This document shows, piece by piece, positions 24,442 to 36,629 of a DNA stretch of 64,000 nt (positions are counted from its first letter, which is position 1; each line of letters starts with the position of its first letter). Location: the NCBI RefSeq assembly GCF_004010195.1, contig NC_057751.1:11522578-11586577 (forward strand). The letters run 5' to 3'. This DNA comes from Chiloscyllium plagiosum. Its lineage: Eukaryota. The position numbers and the translations under genes were made by a program. The notes below the pieces were generated by a model, which saw nothing but the letters and a program-made list of their open reading frames with translations, searched no databases and was not told where the DNA came from.

Positions 24442-26734
24442 TGCTGTCTCATTCTCATGTTGGGGTCAGTTCCCATTCTGAAGGTTGGCATACGTTCTGA
24501 CTCATTTGGGACATGCTGCACCATTGTCAGCCGTGCTATTTACTGTTCCCTGTTCTCTGCAAAGATTATCCCTCCCTGGGCTGGGATGGTTGATATTACC
24601 ATGAGGCCTTCAGACAAAAACCTTGCATATATACAAATCCCTGCTTGGATAAGGATGAAAATACTGTGTTCAGTTCTGTACCTTCAGAAGGACACCCAAT
24701 AAGGAGTGCTGTCTATATTTGGCAGAATTTGACCCATCTCTAAATTGCAAGGACAAGTGACACAAAGCCTGTGGTTGACTTGCTGGGATTTGAAGAGGTT
24801 TTCATTCCAAGTTTTTAAATGAGCTGACAGGGAAGTTTATGAGAAAGTATTTCTGCTGCTTCTGGAAATCTAGGACTGGGAAGTATAGTCTAAAGGTTAG
24901 AGCCAGACCTTTTTTAGCAATGAAATGGGAGATGTTCCTCTGCACACAGGGTGGTAGATATTTGGAAGACTGTTACACAAATGGAAATTTATGCCGTTTA
25001 ATTTGAAGTTTCAGATCGATACACTTTTTTTTATTATTGAAACGCAGTCAGGGATATTGAGCAAAGGAGGGTTTGGGCACAGGTTGCAGATCGGCTGTGA
25101 TTTGATTGAATGTTGGGACAGGCTTGGAGACCTGAATGATCACCATCGTTGGTGTATGTTCCACACCATGTGCTTGTGTGTTCGTGATGTGCCACAGAGG
25201 AGATTTTAAGAAGAGTGAGGACCATGTTGAATCTCGTAAAATAATTGATGGGATAACAAAAAGACCTCCAAGCATCTCATTGGTGTTAGCTGAAGAAACG
25301 TTGGTGTAAAATAGCTAGATTTCCATTGAAACATCTTCAATAAGCTGTGAGGTGAGGGAGGCAACAATATTTCCACCTGCTGACTGAGGCTGTTGATGAG
25401 CCACAGACTGAGAACAAACATGTTTATAAGGCTTGTGTTCAGAAATAGAGTATGAAGTTTTAAACCAAAGAAATTTTGGTTTTATCAGTGTGACTGAGGT
25501 AAATAATGCACAAAGATTATCTGTGTGCATGCTATAGATTTTGTCCTTTTCTCATTGGAAAGTGAATGACCATTGGCTGAGAACAGAAAGGACATTGACA
25601 CTGGTGTGGGGGAGCAGTTCGAGAAGTCTAGCTGGTTATGTTCCTGGAAGATGGTCCCCACAACGTTGGTGGAAACTGCAGCAATCGATGATTTCAGTTG
25701 GAAGCTGGGTGGATACTTGAAGGAAGTTACCATGTATGGAGATAAGGTGGGGGAGTGAGACTGACTGGATTGCTGTATTGTAATCCAGCTTGGTCTGAAT
25801 GGCCTCTTCCTGTGCTGGAAGAAACTATATCATCAAACTGCCTACAATGGTACATTGGCTCTAGTTTCACTGAAAATAGGCTGTTTACAGAACTTGCAGA
25901 ATGATGTGGGAGATGCACTGAGATAATGATGATGCTGAGGTCTCAAACTGGCACAGTTGACCCTTTGCTGAACTCAAGAGCAACCAAAGAGGCAACAGGG
26001 TGTTCCCCTCGAAGCAAAATTTGAAGATAATGTTTGTTAAAATGCCATCTTCGTTGTGTAATCAAGCTCCTGTGATGTGGCTTCTTCAGTTCTTGGGGGC
26101 ATTGTTGAAAATCGCTCTGCTGCAGGGAAAAAGTAAACACCGCAGGACTGGAGAACTCCTTCAGCTGGGGAAGATGAAAGTGAGGTGCCCCACCCTGTGT
26201 TTACAGTGCCTGCAATTCTGTGGGACCCACTGTCATGCTGCAACGTGAGTCCGTCAGGTTGATGACTGAACTCTTGCTGTTGCAACAAGAGGTTTTAATT
26301 ATTTGCTACGTGGTGAACCACAGAACCTGCATGTGTAGAACTCCAGTTCATTAAAATATTACGGAATGCACAATACCTGTGGCATGTGGCATAACCACAC
26401 TCAGCTATATGCTGATCAATTCTCACTTACCACCAGGATTGGACTTTCAGCATGGATTTCTGTTTCTAAAACAATCCAAGCTGCTTTCCTTCCTCTTGTC
26501 CCATTGTTTCAGCTGTTAAATCATAACCCAAATTAATGAGCATACAGGTAACCACTCATCATATTTGCATTCCCTTCTGTGACAAGTCACTCAGACAGAG
26601 AGAAGCCAGTCTGTCTCTGCTAGTGTTCAATCTTTCACCTGGGGAAACCATGCGTTGTACGTTCAATTGAAATACTGAGTGTTGGAAACTCACCAAATGA
26701 CAAAATATTGATTTGTGGTTGACCATTCACGAAT

Positions 26735-27635
26735 GGAGTTCAGGTTCACAGTTCCTTGAAGGTGGAGTCTCAGGTAGACAGGATAGTGAAGAAGGTGTTT
26801 GGTACGCCCACCTTTATTGGTCAATGCATTGAGTACAGGAGTTGGGATGTCATGTTGCGGCTGTACAGGACATTGATTAGGTCACTTTTTTGGAATACTG
26901 CGTTCAATTCTGCTCTCCCTACTCAAGGTAAGATGCTGTTAAATTTGAAAGGGTTTAGAAAAGATTTACAAGGATGTTGTCAGGACTGCAGGGTTTGAGT
27001 TAAAGGGAGTGGTTGAATAGGCTGAGGCTGTTTTCTGTGGGGCGTCAGAGGTTGAGGGGTGACCCCACACTGAGGTTAATAAAATCATGAGGGGCATGGA
27101 TAGGGTGAATAGCCAAAGTCTTTTCCCTGGGGTACGGGAGTCCAGAACTAGAGAGGCAGAGGTTTAGCGTGAGAGGGGAAGGATTTAAAAGGGGCAACTT
27201 TTTCATGCAGAGGGTGGTGCATGTATGGAATGAGCTCCCAGAGCAAGTGGTGGAGGATGGTACAATCACAACATTTAGAAGGCATCTGGATAGGTAAATG
27301 AGCAAGAAGGGTTTAGAGGGAAATGGGTCAAGTGCTGGCAAATGGGACTAGATTAATTTAGAATATAGTCAGTGCTTCTATAATGCAATGGTTGTGTTCT
27401 TGTGCAACCCCACACTATAGAAAATCACGCTTTAGAAACGGCACTTGAAGTGTTGGTGATGTAATTGCTTTGCAGCCAACGCGTTTTAAAAGTTCGCGCT
27501 TTGGAAACAGTATCCCCAACTCATCAATCGTGTTACAGTGAATTTATGTTTATAAAACGTGCGTTATAACGGAACGACCCTTATCTGGTCAGCATTGGAC
27601 GGGTTGGACCGAAGGATCTGGTTCCATGCTGGTAT
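26735..27635 (+). mobile_element. CR1 LINE 3' fragment with a MITE inserted in its tail
   Basis: ORF 26756 reads KVESQVDRIVKKVFG..FIGQCIEYRSWDVMLRLYRTLIR. The 3' UTR gattaatttagaata...tatctggtcagcattggacgggttggaccgaagg is split by the 27366-27581 insert. Confidence 0.85.
27366..27581. mobile_element. Tc1/mariner(Tigger)-type MITE with TA target duplication
   Basis: Flanked by TA (27364-65 and 27582-83), with CR1 sequence rejoining across it. Imperfect TIRs tagtcagtgcttctataatgc / gcgttataacggaacgaccct. Confidence 0.6.
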
Positions 27636-27808
27636 GATACCTGGTGCCACTATATGATCCCTCAAGCTGAAGGACATTCTGAGGGATGGCTTTCTATCTT
27701 CTCAGTAAATTATTTTGTGGAGCTGATCCACATCAAGCATATGAGATCCATACAACAACATTAAAACTCTTCATATGCCCATGTAATGCGTCTTTGTTTC
27801 ACTTCCAG

Positions 27809-27864
27809 GTTTGGCTAAATCCAAAGAAATAGACCAGCAGGAAAAAAATGCACTCTTGTCACCT
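27809..27864 (+). CDS. TACC1: TACC1 coding exon (56 nt): (G)LAKSKEIDQQEKNALLSP
   Basis: tctttgtttcacttccag|GT...CCT|gtaagt. Phase 1 in and phase 0 out bridge 20854 to 34958 exactly. Peptide conservation is weak, but size and position fit the short TACC1 exon. Confidence 0.75.
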
Positions 27865-28277
27865 GTAAGTATCTGAAGGTCTACCAATGTACTTGAAGAA
27901 ATTCTTGTAGCTTTTTTACCGTAACACTGGCTTTCTCAGTTGAACTTAGCACTCTCAAATTAATGGGAATGTAACCAGAAATATGGAAATTGTCACAGAA
28001 TGTTCATGTTCTGAAGATTTCCACCTTGTTTGGTGAGAATCCCACACAAAGCTGTTTTCAAAGTTACAGAAAATTTCCAGGACTGGTTCCCCAATTCCAG
28101 TTCATTGGCTTGCACACCTGGAAGATTTTTTCTAGTTGATGGCTAGTTAAAATAACATGGGTACCAATTACATGGCACAAAAAGTTACCATCACCTTTGC
28201 ACTTTTTTAGAGTAAATCCACCAACTTAAACCTAAATCTAAAACATTTCTCAACAAAATTTACAAGTGAAAACCTTT

Positions 28278-29060
28278 CATCATAGAGTCATCGAGGTGTA
28301 CAGCATGTAAACAGACTCTTGGGTCCAACTCGTCAATGCTGACCAGATATCTGAAATAAATCTAGTCCCACCTGCCAGCACCCTTTCTATTCATATAACC
28401 ATCCAAATGCCTTTTAAATGTTGTAATTGTACCAGCCTCCACCACTTCCTCTGGCAGCCCATTCCACGCATGCACCACCCTCTGCATGAAAACGTTTCCC
28501 CTTAGGTCCCTTTTATACCTTTCCTCTCTCACCCTAAACCTATGGCCTCTAAATCTGGAATCCCCTACCCCAGGGAAAAGACCTTGTCTATTTATCCTCT
28601 CCATGCCCCTCATGATTTTAGAAACCTCAATAATGTCACCCCTCAGCCTCCAATGATCTAGGGAAAACAGCCTACGCCTATTCAACCTCTCACTTTTTAG
28701 CTCAAATCCTCCAACCCTGGCAACATCCTTGTAAATCTTTTCTGAACCCTTTCAAGTTTCACAACATCCTTCCAATAGGAAGGAGACCAGATTTGCACAC
28801 AGTATTTGAGAAGTGGCCGAACTAATGTCCTGTACAGCTGCATCATGATCTCCCAACTCCTATACCCATGCTCTGACCAATAAAGGAAAGCATACCAAAT
28901 GCCGTCTTCTCTATTTTATCTACCTGCAACTTTACTTTCAAGCAGGACCTTATCCTGGAGTATGTAAGTCCTCCCCTGATTGGCTTTTCCAAAATGCAGT
29001 ACCTCACATTTTCCTAAATTAAACTCCATCTGCCACTCCTCAGCCCATTGGCCAATCTAA
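28278..29060 (-). mobile_element. CR1 LINE 3' fragment
   Basis: Minus-strand ORF 28362-28685 reads LFSLDHWRLRGDIIEVSKIMRGMERINRQGLFP...FKRHLDGYMNRKG; tail catagagtcat. Confidence 0.9.
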
Positions 29061-29319
29061 TGTAGAAGGAAATGGGTTACAGCATGTAGAAGAGGAGTTC
29101 TTCAATCTTTGCTGCATGATGGTCAACGTTTCAGAAAAATTGATGAAAATGATGAGGGACATGCATCTGTTCAGTGTATATTTTTTAACCCATGAAAGAT
29201 TTGTGCCTCTCCTCTTCTGACTTCAAATCCTAGGATTTCCCAACACCCACTGAAGTCTTTAATTTTCAGTCTCTGTTCAAGACAAGTGGTCACAGATGAA
29301 ATGGAAATGGAAAGGGAAT

Positions 29320-29550
29320 GAGAAACTTAGCAGGGTGCTTCATGTGTGGAACAAATTTCCTGAGAAAATGGTGGATGTGGGTATAATTACAAAATTTAAA
29401 AGATATTTGGATAGAATCATGAATAAGAAAGGTTTGGAGGTAAATGGCTAGGAACGGGCAGGTGAGATGAGTTTAGTTTGGGATTATGTTCGGCATGTAC
29501 TTGTTGGCACAAAGGGTCTTTTTCTCTGCTGTTTGACTCTGTGACTCTAA
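29320..29550 (+). mobile_element. CR1 3' UTR fragment
   Basis: aaaatttaaaagatatttggatag...gtttagtttgggattatgttcggcatg...gactctgtgactct. Confidence 0.7.
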
Positions 29551-30739
29551 GAAGAGTGATAAATGCTACCATTTGAAAATACATGAAGAAGATGAGGAAA
29601 CATTAGCTTTTTTCCATGTTGACCATGAAATTGGACAATTAATTTGAATCATTGTTTGAGGGCCAGAAATGTTGGTATTCTGGATCATTGAAAGGTGGGG
29701 GTGGGGAGGGATGATGAAGTGATTTATTCACATGTATACTTATCAAACTGCATGAGCCAATGGATGTGACTGTTCCAGTTGACATGAGTTTACCACTGGG
29801 TTATCTAATCAGCCCTGTCTGATTCTCTGAACATAGATAGATAGCTCATTGATGAGTTGGAAACTTTGGCTGGAATGTCAGCCTTGTTGCATTCCAACGA
29901 GGGTGTGTGGTTTCAGGATTGTGATAAATTCGACTGGGAAGTTCTGTTTGCCCTTTGATTGAGGACCTTGCTCCAATATTTCCCTCTGTTGTGACTTCCC
30001 ACATTTTTGTGGAACTGGTATAGCTCCAGTTCAAGTCTGAAAAGTGGCAGAAAGGTCATTTCCCTCCAATGACTTGGTTTTGTTGGCATTTTCAGCAGGT
30101 ACCAAGCATTGTTACAGGATATGTGGCCTCTGCAGCTGCATAAATTGGCAGCATTTTATTTTGTGGCTTTGTTTTCTTGATTCTTAGAATCGAGCCCTGA
30201 TTAAAATGATGAAATCTTTTGGTCTGGACAACAGCCGAGTCCTACAGTTAAAACTCAGGCACTGCAAACTCAGAGGAGCATGTGAATACAGCTCCCACAC
30301 AATACTCACTTCAGTGAGCCTTCCAAGTCTAATTGAAATGGATAGTAGAAAGGCTATTTTCTCATTATAATTCTGTGCAGCAGATGGATTTTTAAAGGGG
30401 CTCTGGCTCACCAGTCAGTGGAAGAGTCAAAAGAAATGAAGCTTGTAATAGTTGTTGGAAATGCAGATCAGGGTTCAGGTCAGCCTCACTGAAGACAGGC
30501 CAGAATTTGGAATTGTTTCACCAGGCACAACAAAAGGGTTTTTATTAATGCTGCCTTGGATAAACCTAATGTGAAAACTGGGAGACAAGTTTTGAAGTTC
30601 TCCAGTTTTGTACAAGTCATCTTGACTGATGCACAAATTGACTAGAAAAAAAATACCTTCTGTCTTCCACGGATTTGCTATCAAAAATGTGCTCCTTGCC
30701 ATTTTTTTTTTGTAGCACTGGGTCTGAAATGCCAAATCT

Positions 30740-32740
30740 GAACAGAGAACCTTACAGCGCAGTACAGGCCCTTCAGCCCTCAATGTTGTGCCAATCTGTG
30801 AAAATAATCTGATACCCATCTAACCTACTCCGTTCCATTACTATCCATATGTTTGGCCAATGCCCATTTAAATGCCCTTAACGTCAGCGGGTCTATTACT
30901 GTTGCAGGCAGGCCGTTCCACATCCCTACTACTCTGAGTAAAGCAACTACCCCGATTTCTGTCCTGAGTCTATCACCCCTCAATTTAAAGCGATGTCTCC
31001 TGGTGTTAGCCTTCACCATCCGAGGAAAAAGGACTCTCACTGTCCACCCTATCTAACTCTCTGATTATCTTGTACGTCTCAATTAAGTCACCTCTCAACC
31101 TTTTTCTCTCCAGCCTCAGTTCCCTCAGCCTTTCCTCGAAAGACCTTCTTTCCATATCAGGCAACATCCTAGTAAATCTCCTCTGAACCCTTTCCAAAGC
31201 TTCCACATCCTTCCTATAATGCGGTGACCAGAACTGCATGCAATACTCCAGGTGCGGCCTTACCAGTGTCTTGTACAGCTGAAGCATGACCTTATGGCTC
31301 TGGAACTCAATCTCCCTACCAATAAGCGCCAACACATCATATGCTTCTTACCAACTCTATCAACCTGGGTGGCAACTTTCAGGGATTTATGTACATGGAC
31401 ACCAAGATCTCTCTGTTCATCTACACTGCCAAGAATTTTATTAACGTCAGCGGGTCTATTACTGTTGCAGGCAGGCCGTTCCACATCCCTACTACTCTCT
31501 GAGTAAAGCAACTACCCCGATTTCTGTCCTGAACCTATCACCCCTCAATTTAAAGCTATGTCTCCTGGTGTTAGCCTTCACCATCTGAGGAAAAAGGACT
31601 CTCACTGTCCACCCTATCTAACTCTCTGATTATCTTATACGTCTCAATTAAGTCACCTCTCAATCTTCTTCTCTCCAGCATCAGTTCCCTCAGCCTTTCT
31701 TCATAAGACCTTCTTTCCATATCAGGCAACATCCTAGTAAATCTCCTCTGAACCCTTTTCAAAGATTCCACATCCTTCCTATAATGCGGTGACCAGAACT
31801 GCATGCAATACTCCAGGTGCGGCCTTACCAGTGTCTTGTACAGCTGAAGCATGACCTTGTAACTCCAAAACTCAATCCCCCTACCAATAAATGCCAACAC
31901 ACTACATGCCTTCTTATTAACCCTATCAATCTGGGTGGCAACATTCAGGGATTTATGCACCTGGACACCGAGATCTCTCTGTTCATCTACACTGCCAAGA
32001 ATTTTACCATTAACCCAGTACCCTGCATTCCTGTTACTTCTTCCAAAGTGAACTACCTCACACTTTTGCGCATTAAACTCCATTTGCCACTTCTGAGCCC
32101 AGCTCTGCATCTTCTATATGTCCCTGTGTAACCCACAACATCCTTTGGCATTATCCACAACTCTGCCTACCTTAGTGACATCCATAAATTTACTAATCCA
32201 TCCTTCTACGCCCACATCCAGATCATTTATAAAAATACCAAACAGCAGTGGCCTCAAAACAGATCCTTGCAGCACACCACTGGTAACTGAGTTCCAGGAT
32301 GAACATTTCCCATCAACCACCACCCTCTGTTTTCTTTCAGATTCAATTTCTGATCCAAACCGCTAAATCACCTTCAATCCCGAAACTCTGTATTTTGTGC
32401 AATAGCCTACCGTGTGGAACCTTATCAAATGCCTTACTGAAGTCCGTACACACCACATCAACCACTTTACCTTCATCCACCTGTTTTGTCACCTTCTAGA
32501 AGAACTCAATAAGGTTAGTTAGGCATGACCTACCTTTCACAAAACCATGTTGACTATCCCTAATCAAATTATTCATTTCCAGATGATGATAAATCCCAAC
32601 TCTTATAACGTTTCCAACACCTTACCCACAACCAAAGTAAGGCTCACTGGCCTATAATTACCAGGGTGTCCCAACTCCCCTTCTTAAACAAGGGAACGTT
32701 TGCTATCCTCCAGTCTTCTGGCACTATTCCTGTAGACATC
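30740..32740 (-). mobile_element. ~2 kb CR1 LINE fragment with an internal ~565-bp tandem duplication
   Basis: Minus-strand ORFs 32114-32323 (SGVLQGSVLRPLLF.IFINDLD..ISKFMD), 31571-32110 and 31006-31335 (both LYKTLVRPHLEYCMQFWSPHYRKDV). 30878-31440 is repeated as 31441-32006. Confidence 0.9.
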
Positions 32741-33126
32741 TTGGTGATGAATTGACAATTAGTGCAAAGGTTGAGATTTCCACTTACAAACTGACTTTTT
32801 TTTTGCACTTAGGGCCTGATGACTGTATTCCCAATTTGCCATGACACAAGTTCTTATAGTGTGTTGAATGAGATCAATACAGAAAAGGGGGTAAACAGTC
32901 AGTGGGTAAAAGGGGGCTCCGCGTTTAATGGGACAAAACAGTGTTGTTTTCTTGTTGATTCCTGAAATATGTAGCAAAATTTAAATGAAACACATGCTCA
33001 TCTCCTGTGCTGTGCTGTCTTGTAATATTCCACAATAAAGAGAATTGATTCTTTGGCTCTGACTAAAGTCAGATGAAAAGAACCTGGTCAAAACCTGCTA
33101 GGAGACCACATACAGTACCTTCTTTG

Positions 33127-33443
33127 AATCCCTACAGTGTGGAAGCAGGCCATTTGGAGCAGTCCACACTGACCTCCAAAGACCATCCCACCCAGACTCA
33201 CCCCCCCCAAATCTGTCCCTGTAACCTTGCATTTCCCTGGTCTGCACATGTCTGGACAGTATGGGACCATTTAGCAAATCAATCCACCTAACCTGCACAT
33301 CTTTGGACTATGGGAGGAAACTGGAGCATCCGGAAGAAACATGCAGAGACATGGGGAGAATGTGCCAACTCCATACAGTCGCCCAAATGTGACCCTGGCG
33401 CTGTGAGACAGCAGTGCTAATCACTGAGCCACTGTGCTACCCC
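33127..33443 (-). mobile_element. HE1-like SINE
   Basis: Same SINE core; reverse complement starts gggtagcacagtggctcagtgattagcactgctgtctcacagcgccaggg. Confidence 0.8.
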
Positions 33444-34224
33444 ACTTTCAACGACCGTGCAACCTGCTCTCCTACTCAATATAAAAATATGTGCTTGTGT
33501 GACACTCTGAACTTTGCTGTTAAATCAGTATGTATTTTGTTAGGGAGTGTGTCAAAGTCTGCAAGTTGCCCAACTTTGTTTGAATAGTTGTTTGGCTCCT
33601 GCAGAGGAGTGGCAGATGAGCACTGGATTATCTTTGTGCAGAATGAGATTACCCAGGTGGTGTAGAAACTGCTTTAATCCAGACCAAGGGCACATACAGA
33701 ATAGACCTGTGTTTGGTGCTGCCGTCTGGCTTCTCTTTTCAGCAGACAAAGACTGAAAGGATACTTTCATGCTGCAGAAACTTGCACTTCTCGGTTGCTA
33801 GTCTGTATGTTTGTTTGATTTTCTGAAAAGTGTTTTGATCATGATGCAGATAAATTTTCAGGGCTTCATCGAGTTAAGCAAGAGAGTTGTGAGTCATCCT
33901 TATTATCACTGCTGTTCAGCAACATCGAGATTGGAAACCTTTTAATATACTTTGTTGTCCAGCAATATTTGAAGTCCTCATTACTTTACACGCAAGCATC
34001 TTAAATTCAGGTGCCATGTGCCTTGTCCTTTACTCATATCACCTCCGCCTCCAAAACACACCCCTCCACCTATGCTCCTCCCACTGGCATTGAAAAGCTA
34101 AAATAGATCATCATTTGATAGATCCCATCAAGCCAAGAACCTTTAACCAGCTCTAATATTTTAAAATAAATCATTTTTGAACTTTATTCAATAATTGATA
34201 TTCAGAAAACCCATGTCCAGTACC

Positions 34225-34385
34225 TTTTTAGGGATGGAAATCTGCCATCCTTATTCAGTCTGACCTGCACATGACTCCAGACCCACAGCAATTTTGGTAG
34301 ACTGTTAATTGCTCTCTGAAATGGTCAAGAAAAGAATTCCATTAATGTGGCAATTAGGATAAGCAGCAATGCCAGTGACAACTCA
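34225..34385 (+). mobile_element. SINE-like repeat fragment of a second family
   Basis: ggaaatctgccatccttattcagtctgacctgcacatgactccagacccacagca...gcaattagg. Similar sequence at ~40200-40400 (+) and ~1050-1220 (-). Confidence 0.55.
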
Positions 34386-34393
34386 TGGAAGAG

Positions 34394-34740
34394 GGTGGCA
34401 TCATGGTTTAGTGGTTCGCACTGTTGCCTCAAAGTGCCAGGGACCCGGGTTTGATTCCACCCTCAGGTGACTGTCTGTCTGTGTGGAGTTTGCACATCCT
34501 CCCCTGTCTGTTGGTTTCCACTGGCTGCTCCAGTTTCCTCCCACAATCCAAGGATGTGCAGGTTAGAATGGATTGGCCATGCTGAATTGCCCATAGTGTT
34601 CAGGGATGTGCAGGCTCAGGTGGGTTAGCCATGGGGAAAATGCAGGGTTACAGGGATAAGGTGGGGAGGGGGGGGATCTGATTTGAGTCAGTGTGGACTC
34701 GACGGGCCGAAAGGCATGCTTCCACATGGTTGGGATTCAA
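34394..34740 (+). mobile_element. HE1-like tRNA-derived SINE, full length
   Basis: ggtggcatcatggtttagtggttcgcactgttgcctc (A box), ggtttgattcc (B box), core gtgtggagtttgcacatcctcccc, CR1-like tail gggccgaaaggcatgcttccac. Confidence 0.85.
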
Positions 34741-34957
34741 TAATTGCATTAAGAAGAATTTGTAAGAAATATCACCTTTGGTCCTGGATTCCTCACAGCA
34801 GAGTTCTGGATGCAATTTGTGAAGATTCCAGGCAAATCCTGGGAGAGTTAGCAGCCCAACCAATTGACTGACTGTTTGTTCAGTTGTGTCTTATTCAAAA
34901 CGTAAGATGTTGATGAAGCGGGGCATTGAGGTGACAAGTGTTTACTTTCTCCTTCAG

Positions 34958-35101
34958 CAAATTCCAGCCCCTGGGGTGTGCAGCATGGAAAGCATCCTCT
35001 CGTTTAAAGCACTTCTGAGTGAGATGGAAGGGTCAGTGGGCAACGAGCTGAACAACATCCAGGCAGACAAGACCGCTGTCCTGAGTTTAATCAGAGAAGA
35101 G
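34958..35101 (+). CDS. TACC1: TACC1 coding exon (144 nt): QIPAPGVCSMESILSFKALLSEMEGSVGNELNNIQADKTAVLSLIREE
   Basis: tttactttctccttcag|CAA...GAG|gtgatg. DKTAVLSLIREE matches TACC1 DKTAVLTLIREE at the start of the TACC domain. Confidence 0.9.
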
Positions 35102-36629
35102 GTGATGCCTCTAATTTCTTTGGCTTTATTGATAAACATTGGTGTCCATTGGGTTTGTGACTGGTCGGCAACGAGAAGCCAATGACTTTTTTCACAGGAA
35201 ATCTCGAGAATTGTTCACAGCAGATCTGGGCTTTTGAGGGGAATTTGATGTTTTTGAAGACTGACCACGTTCTGACTCAAATGGGTAGTTGTTGATCTCC
35301 ACAGACCAACCAAACATTGAAATATTATCAGTCACACAGTCCCTTCACTTAATTCTGGGAATTTTCTGGGGGGGTTAAAAAAATCCTCCCTTGCTTTGAT
35401 TCTGGGCGTTTAAAATAAAAACCAGCAGAGTTTCAGTTCAACCCTGCTGATCTGAATTCGGTGTAGTTATCCCCATGGTCAGAGACATGAAACAATTGGG
35501 CAAATTCCTTGTTCCTGATTTCCATCCAGTTACTTGCTGTAAGTGGAAATGGTGTTTCATCAGTTTGTCTTGAGTGTTCAGTCACCTATAATCGTGGAAC
35601 TCGAATGCCATTTGTTCAGTGTTGCTCGGTCGAAGTCTGAACCTGCCTCCTTACCAGCACTAAAGTTGTCCTTGCACTCCCATGGACCGCAGCAGTTCAA
35701 GGGGGCCACTTATCACCACCTTCCCAGCGCAAGTTGAGATGAGAAATAAATGTTGGCCCAGCCAGTGACGACCACATTCCCAAAAGAGGTTTTTGGAAAA
35801 ATGGGCAATGGATCTCGTCTCCTGCTGAAATAGTCACTCATGCCTTTGTTCCCTCAATCTTTGACAATCCAGACACATTATAGGCTCCATTCATTGCAGC
35901 TTCCCCAAACTCTGTCCATACTTGACTCGCACTGACTCCTGTTCTCCCGTTACATCTGAGCTTGCAGGCCTTCATTGACTCTGTTTTGTAATGCAGACAA
36001 AAATTCCCGTCCCTGTTTTCAGATAGCAGTCAATTTGATGGTGCCCTGCCTTAAGGTGCTCTGAGATTTCTGTTCTTTCTTTGCAATCTCTTGCACATCC
36101 CAGTGACAGACCTTCAGTTGCCAAGGCCCTCTGGCTCTCCACCTCCCTGTCTTCTCCTTCAGAATGGTCCTGAAAGCATTATAATTTTGTTCATGTGAAT
36201 TATCAGCAGTCTGTGGTGTCAAATTTAGTTTGCTCCTGTGCCGTGATGGCAACATTTTACTGTGTTGAAAATGATTTAAATCCAAGCTGTCACATTTGTA
36301 GAGATGCCAAAAGCAGGAACAGACAATCTGGCATGTTATCCAGTTGTCTTCTGTGATCTGCCTTTTTTCTCACCAAGGTTTAAGATCCATGTTTGAAGTT
36401 TCTCTGTCCCTCAGCTGCCCTCTCCTGGTAACTCCATTCCTGTCCATTTCCACACAGGGGAGGGCAGTCTGGTACACAAGCCACTGGAAACCCTGAATTC
36501 TAAACCGTATGTGTGTTAGAGTCCTCGGCCTATGAAACTAACACAAACTGGGAAGAGAACCACATTTTCCACTGAGGCGCTTTCTCATTTCAGGACTCAA
36601 CAAAAAATTTAACCAATTCTGATTTCCCT

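Noticed and set aside
25880..26024. VDPLLNS reminiscent of the TACC-family FDPLL motif
   Set aside because: In-frame TGA codons upstream and downstream, and no phase-compatible splice sites; likely chance.
29694..29710. G-rich run ggtgggggtggggaggg as a G-quadruplex
   Set aside because: Only three runs of three or more G, isolated in an intron; no supporting context.
34394..34465. tRNA-like sequence with A and B boxes
   Set aside because: It is the head of a SINE, continuing into the SINE core and tail; not a tRNA gene. The same holds for the other SINE heads.
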